NCBI GenBank assembly: GCA_046290225.1
Contig: JBKAGE010000011.1
Location: forward strand, 1-50,786
From: Bradymonadia bacterium
GTDB taxonomy: Bacteria > Myxococcota_A > Bradymonadia > UBA7976 > UBA1532
Reading direction: 5' to 3'
DNA: 50,786 bases
Shown: in pieces, positions 28,413 to 37,822 of the stretch
Position numbering within the stretch: position 1 is the first letter of the stretch
Layout: each line of letters opens with the position of its first letter
The notes under the pieces: model-generated
The model's database searches: none
What the model was told of the DNA's origin: nothing
What the model saw: the letters and a program-made list of their open reading frames with translations, nothing else
Position numbers and translations under genes: made by a program

Positions 28413-29743
28413 AGACCGTTATCATCGGTGGCGGGATTGCGGGGCTGACCGCCGCATGGCACCTCGCGAAGAGCGGCCACCGTGACGTCATCGTGCTTGA
28501 GAGCGAAGAGTATCTGGGTGGAAAAGCAGGAGGCTGGAGAGACGCCGACGGTGACGTGATCGAAGCTGGTCTGCACATCTGCTTTGCGCACTACACGCAT
28601 TTGCTCTCATTGATGCGCGAGCTGGAGGTGGAGGACAAGGTCGCGTGGCAGCCAGCGGCCTTCACCTATGCCTTCGAGGATGGCTCCACATTCGAACTGA
28701 AGATGCCCCCTCTGCCACCACCTCTGCCAGGTGTGGCAGTCATGCTGCGTTACCCTGGGCTGCGTATGCGCGATCGGGTGGCGTCGATTCGAGCTGCTGC
28801 AGAAGCCGCCACCGTTCCATGGCGCTGGCTCGAGACTCAGGACTCGATCTCGTTCAAGGCGTGGCTGCGCAAGAGGCTGGTGCCAGAGGCGGTCGTTACC
28901 CAGCTCTTCGAGCCGATGACCAGGGGGCTGACCTTCATCAACCCCGAAGACGTCTCGGCGACAACAATGTTGAGATACGTCCGTCAGGTGGCGAGGAGCC
29001 GACAGGATTTCGGCATCGGGTTCTTCCAGGGGGGCGTCTTCGAGGCGCTGATCGAGCCCCTCGTGCAGCGCCTCCGAGCGCTCGGGGTTGAGGTGAGGGT
29101 CAACCAGACGGTGCAGCAAATCGAGCTCGGTGAGGAGGCTGTGACCGGGGTCCTCATGAGCGATGGTGAGCGGATCCCCACAGAAGCTGTCATCTGTGCG
29201 ACTCCGGCGCATGTGCTGCCCACACTGATCTCCGCGGCCGATCTCTCAAGGTTTAGATTGCTGTGGTCGCTGCGATTGTCGAGTGTGCCCGTCATCTCGG
29301 CTCAGGTCTGGCTCGATCGGCGTGTGGACACCTCACCGGGACTGTGGTTCTTCCCAGGGGCAATGTTCAACAGCGGCGCCGACGTGACCCGGTACGATCA
29401 TCCCGACGATCAGCACGCGCCATCGGTCTTTCATCTCGTCATTGCCCCTGCGGCCGAGTATATCGAGCGCACCACCGCAGAGCTCGAGTCTCTGGTCACG
29501 GGTGAGCTGCGGGCGCGGGTGAGGTCCACCTGGGGGGCCAAGGTGCGCAAGGTGTCGATCGTGCGTATGTACCGCTCCATTCACTTCTCCGAGCCTGGCT
29601 CGGAGAGGCTCCGCCCCGCCTGCGAGACCAGGGCCCGAGGCCTCTTCCTCGCTGGCGACTATGTCAAGACCGGTCACAGCTGCAACCTCGAGGGGGCGGT
29701 CTCGTCGGCGCTCGCCGCTGCGCGTGCCGTCATGGCCACCTGA
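28409..29743 (+). CDS. Phytoene/zeta-carotene desaturase-like (PDS/ZDS/HpnE family) FAD oxidoreductase
   Basis: IIGGGIAGLTAA, LGGKAGGWRDADGDVIEAGLHICFAHY, FINPEDVSA and LAGDY...LEGAVSS. Confidence 0.85.
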   Translation: MKTVIIGGGIAGLTAAWHLAKSGHRDVIVLESEEYLGGKAGGWRDADGDVIEAGLHICFAHYTHLLSLMRELEVEDKVAWQPAAFTYAFEDGSTFELKMPPLPPPLPGVAVMLRYPGLRMRDRVASIRAAAEAATVPWRWLETQDSISFKAWLRKRLVPEAVVTQLFEPMTRGLTFINPEDVSATTMLRYVRQVARSRQDFGIGFFQGGVFEALIEPLVQRLRALGVEVRVNQTVQQIELGEEAVTGVLMSDGERIPTEAVICATPAHVLPTLISAADLSRFRLLWSLRLSSVPVISAQVWLDRRVDTSPGLWFFPGAMFNSGADVTRYDHPDDQHAPSVFHLVIAPAAEYIERTTAELESLVTGELRARVRSTWGAKVRKVSIVRMYRSIHFSEPGSERLRPACETRARGLFLAGDYVKTGHSCNLEGAVSSALAAARAVMAT

Positions 29744-32700
29744 TGAACATCCAGCCAGGTGCTCAGGAGCTGTCGGCCTACTTCCCACGCTGGATCGCTC
29801 AGCCCCTGCTCCATAGACTTCGAGACCACCAGCACCCCTCCATGCATTGGACTGGGGCGGTGCTGTTTCTGGACATCTCGGGCTTCTCCGCCTTGACGCG
29901 GCGTTTCCAGGCAGAAGACGAGCGAGATGGGTTCGGGCGCCTTCAGGGGTTCCTGAACGAGGCCTTCGACGAACTCGCGCGCGTCATCGAGGCGTATGGA
30001 GGTACGTTGCTCACCTTCGTGGGTGATGCCCTTCTGGCGTTCTGGGGGGCCGAGGCGGCTCAACAGCGCGAACGCCAGTTGAGCTGTGCCGCTCGAGCAG
30101 GTCTAGACGCGTTGGGCTGTGTCGATGGGTTGAGCGTGCACGGGAGCGTCGCCTGGGGCGACATTTGTACTGTACTGCTCGGAGGCTACGAAGACGTCTG
30201 GTCACTCTTGAGCGCAGGCGACGCGATCTCTCAAGCGTCCGTGGCAATGACGACGGCGCTTCCAGGGCAGCTGAAGGTCGCCTCTGGGGCGAGATGCGGC
30301 GGCCTTATAGTGGACGACGAAGGCATCCTCCTAGGCGTCGAGGGATCACTGATGCCGCTTGAGGTGCCTTCTACGCCACCGCCGCTTCAGTCTGAGCAGC
30401 TTGTGCCGGCTCATGCTCGAGATGCGGTACTGCTCAATGTGCATTGGGCTGCTCAGCTGAGGACCCTGACCGCTGTATTCGTCAGGCTGGATCATGCCTC
30501 CGTGGCGGATATGAACGCGCTGAAAGCGTTGCAAGCAGTCGTCGAGCGCTCACAACGCACACTCCATGCTCACCATGGGGTCCTGGACCGGCTCAGTCAG
30601 GATGACAAGGGGCTGTGCGTCGTCGCCGAGTTCGGCATGCGAGGGAGCGCGGGGGCCGGCCCGGTTCATGCGTTGCAGTGGGCGCTGGCTCTTCGTGCGA
30701 AGCTCAAGGAGGTGGGGCAAAAGTGTTCAGTGGGGGTCGCGACGGGGCGTATGTTCATCGGCCCAATCGGGGCCAAGGCGCGTCACACCTTCACCGTGAT
30801 GGGCGAGGCGGTCAACCGAGCCGCCCACCTGATGCAATATGCCACCGACGCGATCATCTGTGACGAGGCGACCGCGCGGGGGTGTGATGGTCAGATCGAC
30901 CTACGCAGCGCCAAGACCATCACGTTGAAGCACAGCCACCAAGTGAGCGTATTCGAGGTCACCCAGCTGGGGCCGACGGCGCACAGACCGCAGGTGGAGA
31001 TGATCGGGCGGGCAAATGAGTTCGAGCGTGCCCTCGGTCTATGTCGAGAGCTCTGGGAAGATGGTGGTGGCTTCGCGTTGATCGGTGAAGCGGGCATTGG
31101 GAAGTCGACGCTCATACGACAGATCGTTTCCTCGTTGGGTGAAGAGGCGTTGCCGGTGTGTGCATGCGAGGCGTCGGCGATGACCTCGACTCAGCCGTAT
31201 CGTATTTGGGGGGATGTCATACGACAGATGTTGTCCGAGCGCCTGGAGCTCGGACTCGACATTCACACCGCCCTCGAGAGCATGTTGAGCACCTCTCCCG
31301 AGAGCGTAGAGCTGTTGCCTCTCTTGAACACCGTCTTGGGGACTCGGTTTCCGGAGACGCCCGCGACCGTGCTGCTTGATGGTCAGACTCGGATCGACAA
31401 CACCAAGAACCTCATCGTCAACTTCCTCGAGTGTTGCCCACGTAAGCTGCTCGTCATCGAGGACGCTCATTGGATGGACACCGCCTCCTGGGCCTTGCTC
31501 ACCTTCTCGATGCAGAAGATGGAGCGCTTGGGGGTGGTGCTCGTCATGCGGCCTCGAGGCAGCATCATCGTGGGGGAACGAGTACGCTTCGAGTTAGATC
31601 CGCGTACGAACATATTGGTGTTGGAGGCCCTTGAGGAGGCGCAGGTCGAGGCACTCATCAAAGAGAGTGTGGGCGTGTCGAACGTGCACCCAGAGGTCTT
31701 GTCTTGGCTATACACCCGCGGGCAGGGCCACCCATTCTTTACCCGAGAGCTCCTCGACGTTCTCAAGAGCTCACGATTGATTGACACCGTGGGCGATCAA
31801 CTTATCCGGACGCCTACGCGGGAGGAGCTGGCCAACACACACCTACCAGACACGATCGAGGGTGCGGTGGGGTTTCGTGTAGATCAGCTCCGCGCTCCTG
31901 AGCAGTACGTCCTGCGCGTGGCCAGCGTGCTGGGGCAAAAGTGTGAGTATGGCTACCTGTTAGAGGTGCTTGCCGCCATCGACGTACATGTCGAGCTGGA
32001 CGATGCGCTACGGCACCTCGACGAGGTGGGCCTCTTGAGTGGATCCGCCTCTGAAGAGCTTGTGTTCGTGCACCGCTATGTTCAAGAGGTTGCGTATTCT
32101 TCTCTGCCCGAGGCGCAGAGAGAGGTGGTGCACACCGCTGCGGCGAAGTCTCTTGAGCGAGACTCTACGGAAGGGACAGAAGAGGTTTCTACGCTGGCCT
32201 TCCACTGGCGCCACACGGACAATGACGAGCGGGCGCTTCACTATCTCGAAGCGGCAGGCCGCGCAGCACTGGACGCTGGCGCATATTTCGAGGCGGCGGA
32301 GCACCTCAAACACGCGCTGGAGAGAGACGAGGGCCGCGGTCAGCGAGAGGACGACTTGGTGTCGTCGAGCAGGAGAGCTTCCTGGCTCAGGTTGTTGAGT
32401 GATGCATGGTTCGGCCTCGGAGATGTCGAGCGGTGGGCGACGTCCGCCCGACGGTCGATCGAGGAGGCGGGCTGGTCCGTGCCTCGTCGTCAAGTCGTGT
32501 GGTTGGGTCGATTCTACGGCGGCCTCATTCGTCAACTGGGCCACCGTACACTGGGCCGGTGGCGCCGTCAGGCGCCTGAACGCCTGGGCCACCTGTGTTA
32601 CGAGGGGGCCCTTGCCGCAGGTCGGCTCAGCCAAGCGCAATACTTCTTGCATGCGCCGATCGCGATGGCTGGTGCTGGTCTGATGGCGGTGAACCTCCTG

Positions 32701-33717
32701 GAGAAGGGTGATAGGGCAGAGCCCGTGCCCTCGGCGTATGGCATGTTGGGCGTGGCGTTCGGTATGATGCGGCTGAATTGGCTCGCGCGTTGGTACCTCT
32801 CTGAGCTCGAGCGACGGGCTCAAGGGCGGCCGAGTGAGCTGGCCCTCGGGCTGTTTCACGAGGCGATGTGGCACTCATGTTTTTGTCGGTGGGAGTTCTC
32901 CTATCAAAGTGCAGAGCGGGGAGCCGAAGTCGCAGCATCTGTCGATGCACGTACTGAACTACGGATGCTTCAGACTTTGATTGCGTCAAACCATTTATTC
33001 ACTGGAGAGTATAGGGATAGTGTTGAGCTTATGAGTCGGGTCAGAGCATCTGCAATCGCAGATGCAAACTTACAGCATGAAGGGTGGAGTTACAACGTCA
33101 GTGGGAATGCTTTAGTATTTCTCGGTAACTATGAAGAAGCCCTGATGAGGGCGTCCAGAGCAGTGGAGATCTTTAATCGTCTCTACGATGATATATCACT
33201 GTACATCGCGTTATCGAGGGTGGGGATTGTGAATCTCTATCAGGGCAAGTATCTGTCTTCGGTTGAGTATGCGGACAAGGTTCTTGTACACATCAAAAAA
33301 GGCCTGCCCTCAAGTAACTTGACCTTGGATTCTAACGGATGGATGTGTGAGGTGTTCATCCACCATCTAGAGCGTCAGTCTGATTGTGAAGAGTGGAAGC
33401 GGAAGTCTCGCGCTGCTTTGAGTGAGTTTAGACGGTTTGCATGGGTGTTTCCCAATGGACGTGCCCGATATCTTTATTACAAGGCTCGGTATGCTGCGGC
33501 GATGGGTAAGACGTCAATGGCACATCGGCTCTATGCTCGGTCTTTGAAGGCTGCTCAGCGCTACAATATGCCCTATGATGAAGCGATGGCACTTGCTGGG
33601 TATGCGTCTTGCTCTATGGATAAGAAGCTTCGAGTTGAGAGTTCAGCTCAAGCCCATGCTTTGATGGATGAGCTTGGTGTGCCCTGGCCGCCTACCGTAC
33701 CACGACTTAGCGATTGA
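29743..33717 (+). CDS. Soluble-adenylyl-cyclase-like protein: tandem class III cyclase domains, STAND AAA ATPase and TPR-like region
   Basis: C1 LFLDISGF..TFVGDA; C2 DDKG..GVATG..FTVMGEAVNRAAHLM; Walker A GEAGIGKS; Walker B LVIEDAHWMD; GHPFF; FVHRYVQEVAY; helical C-terminus. Confidence 0.9.
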   Translation: MNIQPGAQELSAYFPRWIAQPLLHRLRDHQHPSMHWTGAVLFLDISGFSALTRRFQAEDERDGFGRLQGFLNEAFDELARVIEAYGGTLLTFVGDALLAFWGAEAAQQRERQLSCAARAGLDALGCVDGLSVHGSVAWGDICTVLLGGYEDVWSLLSAGDAISQASVAMTTALPGQLKVASGARCGGLIVDDEGILLGVEGSLMPLEVPSTPPPLQSEQLVPAHARDAVLLNVHWAAQLRTLTAVFVRLDHASVADMNALKALQAVVERSQRTLHAHHGVLDRLSQDDKGLCVVAEFGMRGSAGAGPVHALQWALALRAKLKEVGQKCSVGVATGRMFIGPIGAKARHTFTVMGEAVNRAAHLMQYATDAIICDEATARGCDGQIDLRSAKTITLKHSHQVSVFEVTQLGPTAHRPQVEMIGRANEFERALGLCRELWEDGGGFALIGEAGIGKSTLIRQIVSSLGEEALPVCACEASAMTSTQPYRIWGDVIRQMLSERLELGLDIHTALESMLSTSPESVELLPLLNTVLGTRFPETPATVLLDGQTRIDNTKNLIVNFLECCPRKLLVIEDAHWMDTASWALLTFSMQKMERLGVVLVMRPRGSIIVGERVRFELDPRTNILVLEALEEAQVEALIKESVGVSNVHPEVLSWLYTRGQGHPFFTRELLDVLKSSRLIDTVGDQLIRTPTREELANTHLPDTIEGAVGFRVDQLRAPEQYVLRVASVLGQKCEYGYLLEVLAAIDVHVELDDALRHLDEVGLLSGSASEELVFVHRYVQEVAYSSLPEAQREVVHTAAAKSLERDSTEGTEEVSTLAFHWRHTDNDERALHYLEAAGRAALDAGAYFEAAEHLKHALERDEGRGQREDDLVSSSRRASWLRLLSDAWFGLGDVERWATSARRSIEEAGWSVPRRQVVWLGRFYGGLIRQLGHRTLGRWRRQAPERLGHLCYEGALAAGRLSQAQYFLHAPIAMAGAGLMAVNLLEKGDRAEPVPSAYGMLGVAFGMMRLNWLARWYLSELERRAQGRPSELALGLFHEAMWHSCFCRWEFSYQSAERGAEVAASVDARTELRMLQTLIASNHLFTGEYRDSVELMSRVRASAIADANLQHEGWSYNVSGNALVFLGNYEEALMRASRAVEIFNRLYDDISLYIALSRVGIVNLYQGKYLSSVEYADKVLVHIKKGLPSSNLTLDSNGWMCEVFIHHLERQSDCEEWKRKSRAALSEFRRFAWVFPNGRARYLYYKARYAAAMGKTSMAHRLYARSLKAAQRYNMPYDEAMALAGYASCSMDKKLRVESSAQAHALMDELGVPWPPTVPRLSD

Positions 33718-33741
33718 TTCCGAATGTTGGAGGTGAATGCC

Positions 33742-34938
33742 TCATCTTCGAGAGGAGAAGCTAGGTGGTAGGTAGGATAGTGCTCCCCGTATTGAGATTG
33801 TCTCGGATGGAGTTTGGCGCTCGGTGAGCATGTCCTCAAGCGCCCTGCGAAACCCTGAGTGACTACGTGCCGCGAGTGTCAAGGCATCGGTGAGCCAGCC
33901 ATGACTGACGAGTTGCTGCAGGCGATCATAGCCCCGATAGATGGGTGTGAGCTGAGCTATTTTTCGTTGCATGCCTGAAGACAGAGCGACCCTACTCAGT
34001 TGCCCAGAGTCCAACGCATTGAGGGCGACTTGAGCTGCGTATCGACCACACTCAAGTGCTTTGCCAATGCCCTCACCTGTAAGCGCTTGAGTTGTACCTA
34101 TGGCTTCTCCGGCAATCAGGAGGTGATCTCGTGCCAGCGCGGTACCCTTTAGGCTGGTGCGGAGGGGCGCACCCTTGAGTGCTCCTTGCCACTGTACAGA
34201 GCGTAGTGCTGATGGCCTAGCGCTTTTTGCACCCACGAAGTGGTCCCAAATTTCGCGGAGGTTGAATGGGAAGTTGCCTGATGTATCTGCAAAGGCACCA
34301 ATACCAATGTTGAAGAGGCCCCCACCCATAGGAAAGGCCCAGCCATAGCCTGGTTGTAGTGTACGGTCATACCAAACATGCAGTGTATTTTCGGCAAGAC
34401 CTTTGACGACACCATATGTTCGGGCGGCATAGGCTGAAGCTGACGAGCGATGAGGCACACCAAAGCACTTGAGGGCCTTTGTAGATGCCCCAGTGCACAG
34501 AAGTGCAATGGGTGCGTGCAAAGTCTCACACCCCATCTCACCCTCTACAATGACCGAAGCTCGACCTCTATTATCAAAACCAACTGCTCGTGTTTGATCT
34601 AGAACCTCTACCCCTAGAGATTGAGCATGGTGAAGCAAGACTTCATCTAGATCTTGTCTGGCGAGTGAGAGGACGGGCAATTCGAGAGATGTCTGAAAGC
34701 CTCTTGGGGAAGAGAGGCGTATATAGGGGATGGCGTAAGCATGTTGATGTATTTTCGGCAGTAGGTTCAGTGTCTTGAGTGCATGTATTGCATCTGGTAG
34801 CAGAGCGTCACCACACACTTTCGGCCGCGGCGTGCGACGCTGCTCAAGTAGGACTACTTTCACACCATGCTGCGCAAGTGAGATAGCCGCTGCGCTACCA
34901 GAAGGTCCACCTCCGATGATGATCACATCCCACTTCAT
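33742..34938 (-). CDS. Geranylgeranyl reductase family FAD oxidoreductase
   Basis: DVIIIGGGPSGSAAA, RPKVCGDAL, RQDLDEVL, PGYGWAFP and AGEA....ALTGEGI. Confidence 0.88.
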   Translation of the reverse strand: MKWDVIIIGGGPSGSAAAISLAQHGVKVVLLEQRRTPRPKVCGDALLPDAIHALKTLNLLPKIHQHAYAIPYIRLSSPRGFQTSLELPVLSLARQDLDEVLLHHAQSLGVEVLDQTRAVGFDNRGRASVIVEGEMGCETLHAPIALLCTGASTKALKCFGVPHRSSASAYAARTYGVVKGLAENTLHVWYDRTLQPGYGWAFPMGGGLFNIGIGAFADTSGNFPFNLREIWDHFVGAKSARPSALRSVQWQGALKGAPLRTSLKGTALARDHLLIAGEAIGTTQALTGEGIGKALECGRYAAQVALNALDSGQLSRVALSSGMQRKIAQLTPIYRGYDRLQQLVSHGWLTDALTLAARSHSGFRRALEDMLTERQTPSETISIRGALSYLPPSFSSRR

Positions 34939-35176
34939 GCACTCACCTGAGATTGTGTCCTTGAGGGCCTGGAGATGGTTTGATATGAGGTGTAGTAGGC
35001 CTGAAGGCGCTTAGATACGTACCCTGATCCACTCAAGATGTCCTTCAGTTGAATGATTGTTTTGGCTTCGATTATTTTTACTACCATGGCGCTGCCCCTT
35101 GCTCTCTGCTTTATGAACCCATTTTTCAGCGAGTACCACGATTTTGCGTACCCTAACCATGATCACTGTCAGTTGC

Positions 35177-35878
35177 TCAACGCTTCAGCAACGCCTTGAT
35201 CCGTCCCTTCACCTCTGGCCCCGCCCAAATCGGCAGCACATCCGACTCAAAGAGCGCGTCCCCCTCCGGATCGTCCGGATCCGTATGCGCACGTAGCGCA
35301 TGCTTTGCCGCCGCGTATGCATCCGCCGGATAGCTGCTCAGCGTCTTCAACATCCCCCGCGCATCAGCAAGCGGATTCGACACCACGTGATCCACCAGGC
35401 CCAGACGTTGAGACTCTGTCGGCCCGTGCAGCCCCGCGCCCAGAATCACCTCCGACACATGACACGGCGCCAGTCGCGACACTGCCAAACGCAGCACCCG
35501 TGGTGGGAACCGCAAACCCAGCGCCACCTCGTTCAGGCCGATGCGTGCTCGAGCGTTGTCAGTGCAAAAGCGCACATCACACAGCAGCGCCAGCAGGCAG
35601 CCCCCGGCGATGGCGTGGCCGTTCACCGCCGCCACCGTGGGCCCGGGGTGGTGGTGAAGCAGCGCCATCAGCTCCGTGAGCTTGTGCAAGAACACCCGCA
35701 TGTCGTCGAGATCAGCAGCGAGCACCTCTTTGAGGTTCAACCCTGCAGAGAAGGCGTCACCGGCGCCAGTCAGGAGCAAAGGGCCATCACCAGCGGCCTT
35801 GATGCCGTCGATGAGGGTATCCATGAGGGCGAGCCCCAGGGCGTTCTTGCCTGGGGCCTCGATGATGAGCTCGGTCAT
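35177..35878 (-). CDS. Enoyl-CoA hydratase/isomerase family protein
   Basis: AFSAGLNL, VAAVNGHAIAGGCLLALLCD and IGLNEVALG. Start is ATG 35878 after GGAG. Confidence 0.9.
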   Translation of the reverse strand: MTELIIEAPGKNALGLALMDTLIDGIKAAGDGPLLLTGAGDAFSAGLNLKEVLAADLDDMRVFLHKLTELMALLHHHPGPTVAAVNGHAIAGGCLLALLCDVRFCTDNARARIGLNEVALGLRFPPRVLRLAVSRLAPCHVSEVILGAGLHGPTESQRLGLVDHVVSNPLADARGMLKTLSSYPADAYAAAKHALRAHTDPDDPEGDALFESDVLPIWAGPEVKGRIKALLKR

Positions 35879-36006
35879 GAGGGCTCCGTGAAGCGGTTGT
35901 GCCTGCACACCTTGCCACTGGACTCAGTCGAAACACCACACCATGGCCGCAGGTATATGCTCAGAACCCCTTGCGGAGCACCTCGATGAAGTGATCTCAG
36001 AGTAGG

Positions 36007-36090
36007 CTCCCGCAAATGGCCAAGCTGCTCAAGCAGGAGCCCTTCAACCCCGAGACCTTCAGCTGCGGCAGCTGCCACGTGATCCAGTGA
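36007..36090 (+). pseudogene. C-terminal relic of a c-type cytochrome
   Basis: Reads LPQMAKLLKQEPFNPETFSCGSCHVIQ*, containing CxxCH with GC3-rich codons. In-frame stop upstream at 35992. Confidence 0.5.
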
Positions 36091-36100
36091 TCAGAGCACT

Positions 36101-37822
36101 CTACTGCTTGACCTTGAAGTAGCGGGAGAGGTGGGTCCCGGTGATGTGTGCCTGGTAGCCGTCTAGCCAGGGCTGAGCCAGATCGTAATTGTTCAAGAAG
36201 TACACAGGCATGGCTGGTAGCTCGTCCACCCAGACCTGCTCGGCTTTGCGGAGCGCGGCGTTTCGGCTCTCGAGGGTATGCGCCTGCCTCGCTTCGGCAA
36301 TGTGCGCGTCATAGTCCGCGTTGCGCCACTTGACGCGGTTGAAGGAGCTGTCGCCTTCCCACAAAACCAGGAACGCCAGCGGATCAAAGGCGTTGCCCAC
36401 CCAGCCGCCGAGGCTGATGTGGAAGTCGAGTTGCCTCTGGCGACTCATCAAGACCTTCCACTCCATGTTCTCGAGCTCGATGTTGATGTTGAGGTGCTTG
36501 CGCCACTGCTCTTGCAGGTACTGGGCAACAAGCTTGTGGCGTTCGAGGGTGTTGTAGCTGAGCTTCAGGCGGGGGAAGCCCTTGCCATCGGGGAAGCCTG
36601 CTTCGGCGAGCAGGGCGCGGGCCTTGTCAGGGTCGAAGCCAGCGCCGGCGACCGGGGCGTAGCCCATGTGCTCGAGGGCCGGGTGCACGATACTGGTGGC
36701 CGGAGGCTGGTTGCCCTTCACCACGTACTTGCCCACCTCGGCTTTGTTGATTGCCATGTTCAATGCATGGCGTACCCGCTTGTCGTTCAGAGGAGGCACC
36801 TGTGTATTGAAGAGAAATTGATACACGCCCACATAAGGAGAGACCTTCAAGTCAGGGCGCTTCTCTTCGATGTACTTCGGCAGAGACGAGGGGGGGATTT
36901 TACCCTGCAAGAAGTCGATTTCACCGGCCAGATACAGATTGTGTGCCGGCTCTGCCTCTTGAGTGATGTGATACACGATTGTGTCGAAGGGCAGGTTAGC
37001 AGCGCCCCAATAGTGAGCGTTCTTCTCCAGAGTGATGCGCTGTTTACTCTTCCATTCCACGGTCTTCCATGGACCATTTGAAACAATGTGCGCCGGCTTC
37101 ACCCACGCATCACCATGTTGCTCCACCACGTGTCGGGGCACCGGAGAGAAGGCCTGGTATGCAGTCAGGGCGTGAAACAGCGGCTGCGGCGCTTCGAGGG
37201 TGACCTGCAACGTGACGTCGTCCAGCGCTTTGACACCCACAGCCTCGCGTAGAGCGGTTTGGTCATCCTTCGCTGTGGAGCTGTTGTAAGCCTGACCCCC
37301 TTTGATGAAGCCCGCGAGCCAGCTCGCGGTCTTGGAGGCGGTCTTCGGATCGAGCACGCGCTTCCAGGCATACTCGAAGTCCCTGGCGGTGACCGGCGTG
37401 CCATCGGACCAGCGGCCGTTCTCGCGCAGGTGAAACGTCCACACCAGGCCATCTTTCGAGATCTCGTGACGCAGAGCTGCCCCTGGCTGCCACGTCGTAT
37501 GATCAGCAGCGTTGATATAGAGCCCCTCGAAGGTGTCGAAGGCGATGGTGGCGCCCTCCGTGCTCAAGATCAGGGCTGGATCCAATGTGTCGGGCTCGCT
37601 CAGGCTGCGATGAAAGACGCGGGGGTCGCGCTCTCTGCGTGTGGGGCCCGCTACGGCTTTGGTGTTTAGGGTGCTTTGGGTTTGAGCGTCGGTCTTCTTC
37701 GACGCTCGATGGGCTGGGGCCTGCCCCCCTTTGTCGCTGCACCCAATCAGGCACAACATCAGCGGAATGCAAAGACTCACTCCAAGGGCAGGTGAGTATG
37801 TTTTTTCAATCATCCTCGCCAT
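36101..37822 (-). CDS. oppA: Oligopeptide ABC transporter substrate-binding lipoprotein (OppA family)
   Basis: EPDTLDP, WTFHLR..RWSDGTPVTARDF, SNGPW and RVRHALNMAIN; lipobox LIGC. Confidence 0.9.
   Translation of the reverse strand: MARMIEKTYSPALGVSLCIPLMLCLIGCSDKGGQAPAHRASKKTDAQTQSTLNTKAVAGPTRRERDPRVFHRSLSEPDTLDPALILSTEGATIAFDTFEGLYINAADHTTWQPGAALRHEISKDGLVWTFHLRENGRWSDGTPVTARDFEYAWKRVLDPKTASKTASWLAGFIKGGQAYNSSTAKDDQTALREAVGVKALDDVTLQVTLEAPQPLFHALTAYQAFSPVPRHVVEQHGDAWVKPAHIVSNGPWKTVEWKSKQRITLEKNAHYWGAANLPFDTIVYHITQEAEPAHNLYLAGEIDFLQGKIPPSSLPKYIEEKRPDLKVSPYVGVYQFLFNTQVPPLNDKRVRHALNMAINKAEVGKYVVKGNQPPATSIVHPALEHMGYAPVAGAGFDPDKARALLAEAGFPDGKGFPRLKLSYNTLERHKLVAQYLQEQWRKHLNINIELENMEWKVLMSRQRQLDFHISLGGWVGNAFDPLAFLVLWEGDSSFNRVKWRNADYDAHIAEARQAHTLESRNAALRKAEQVWVDELPAMPVYFLNNYDLAQPWLDGYQAHITGTHLSRYFKVKQ

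Noticed and set aside
24053..34938. Calling the locus a standard carotenoid or hopanoid cluster (crtP/hpnE/ubiB symbols)
   Set aside because: No synthase or cyclase genes are present, and family motifs alone do not fix the substrate, so no gene symbols were assigned.
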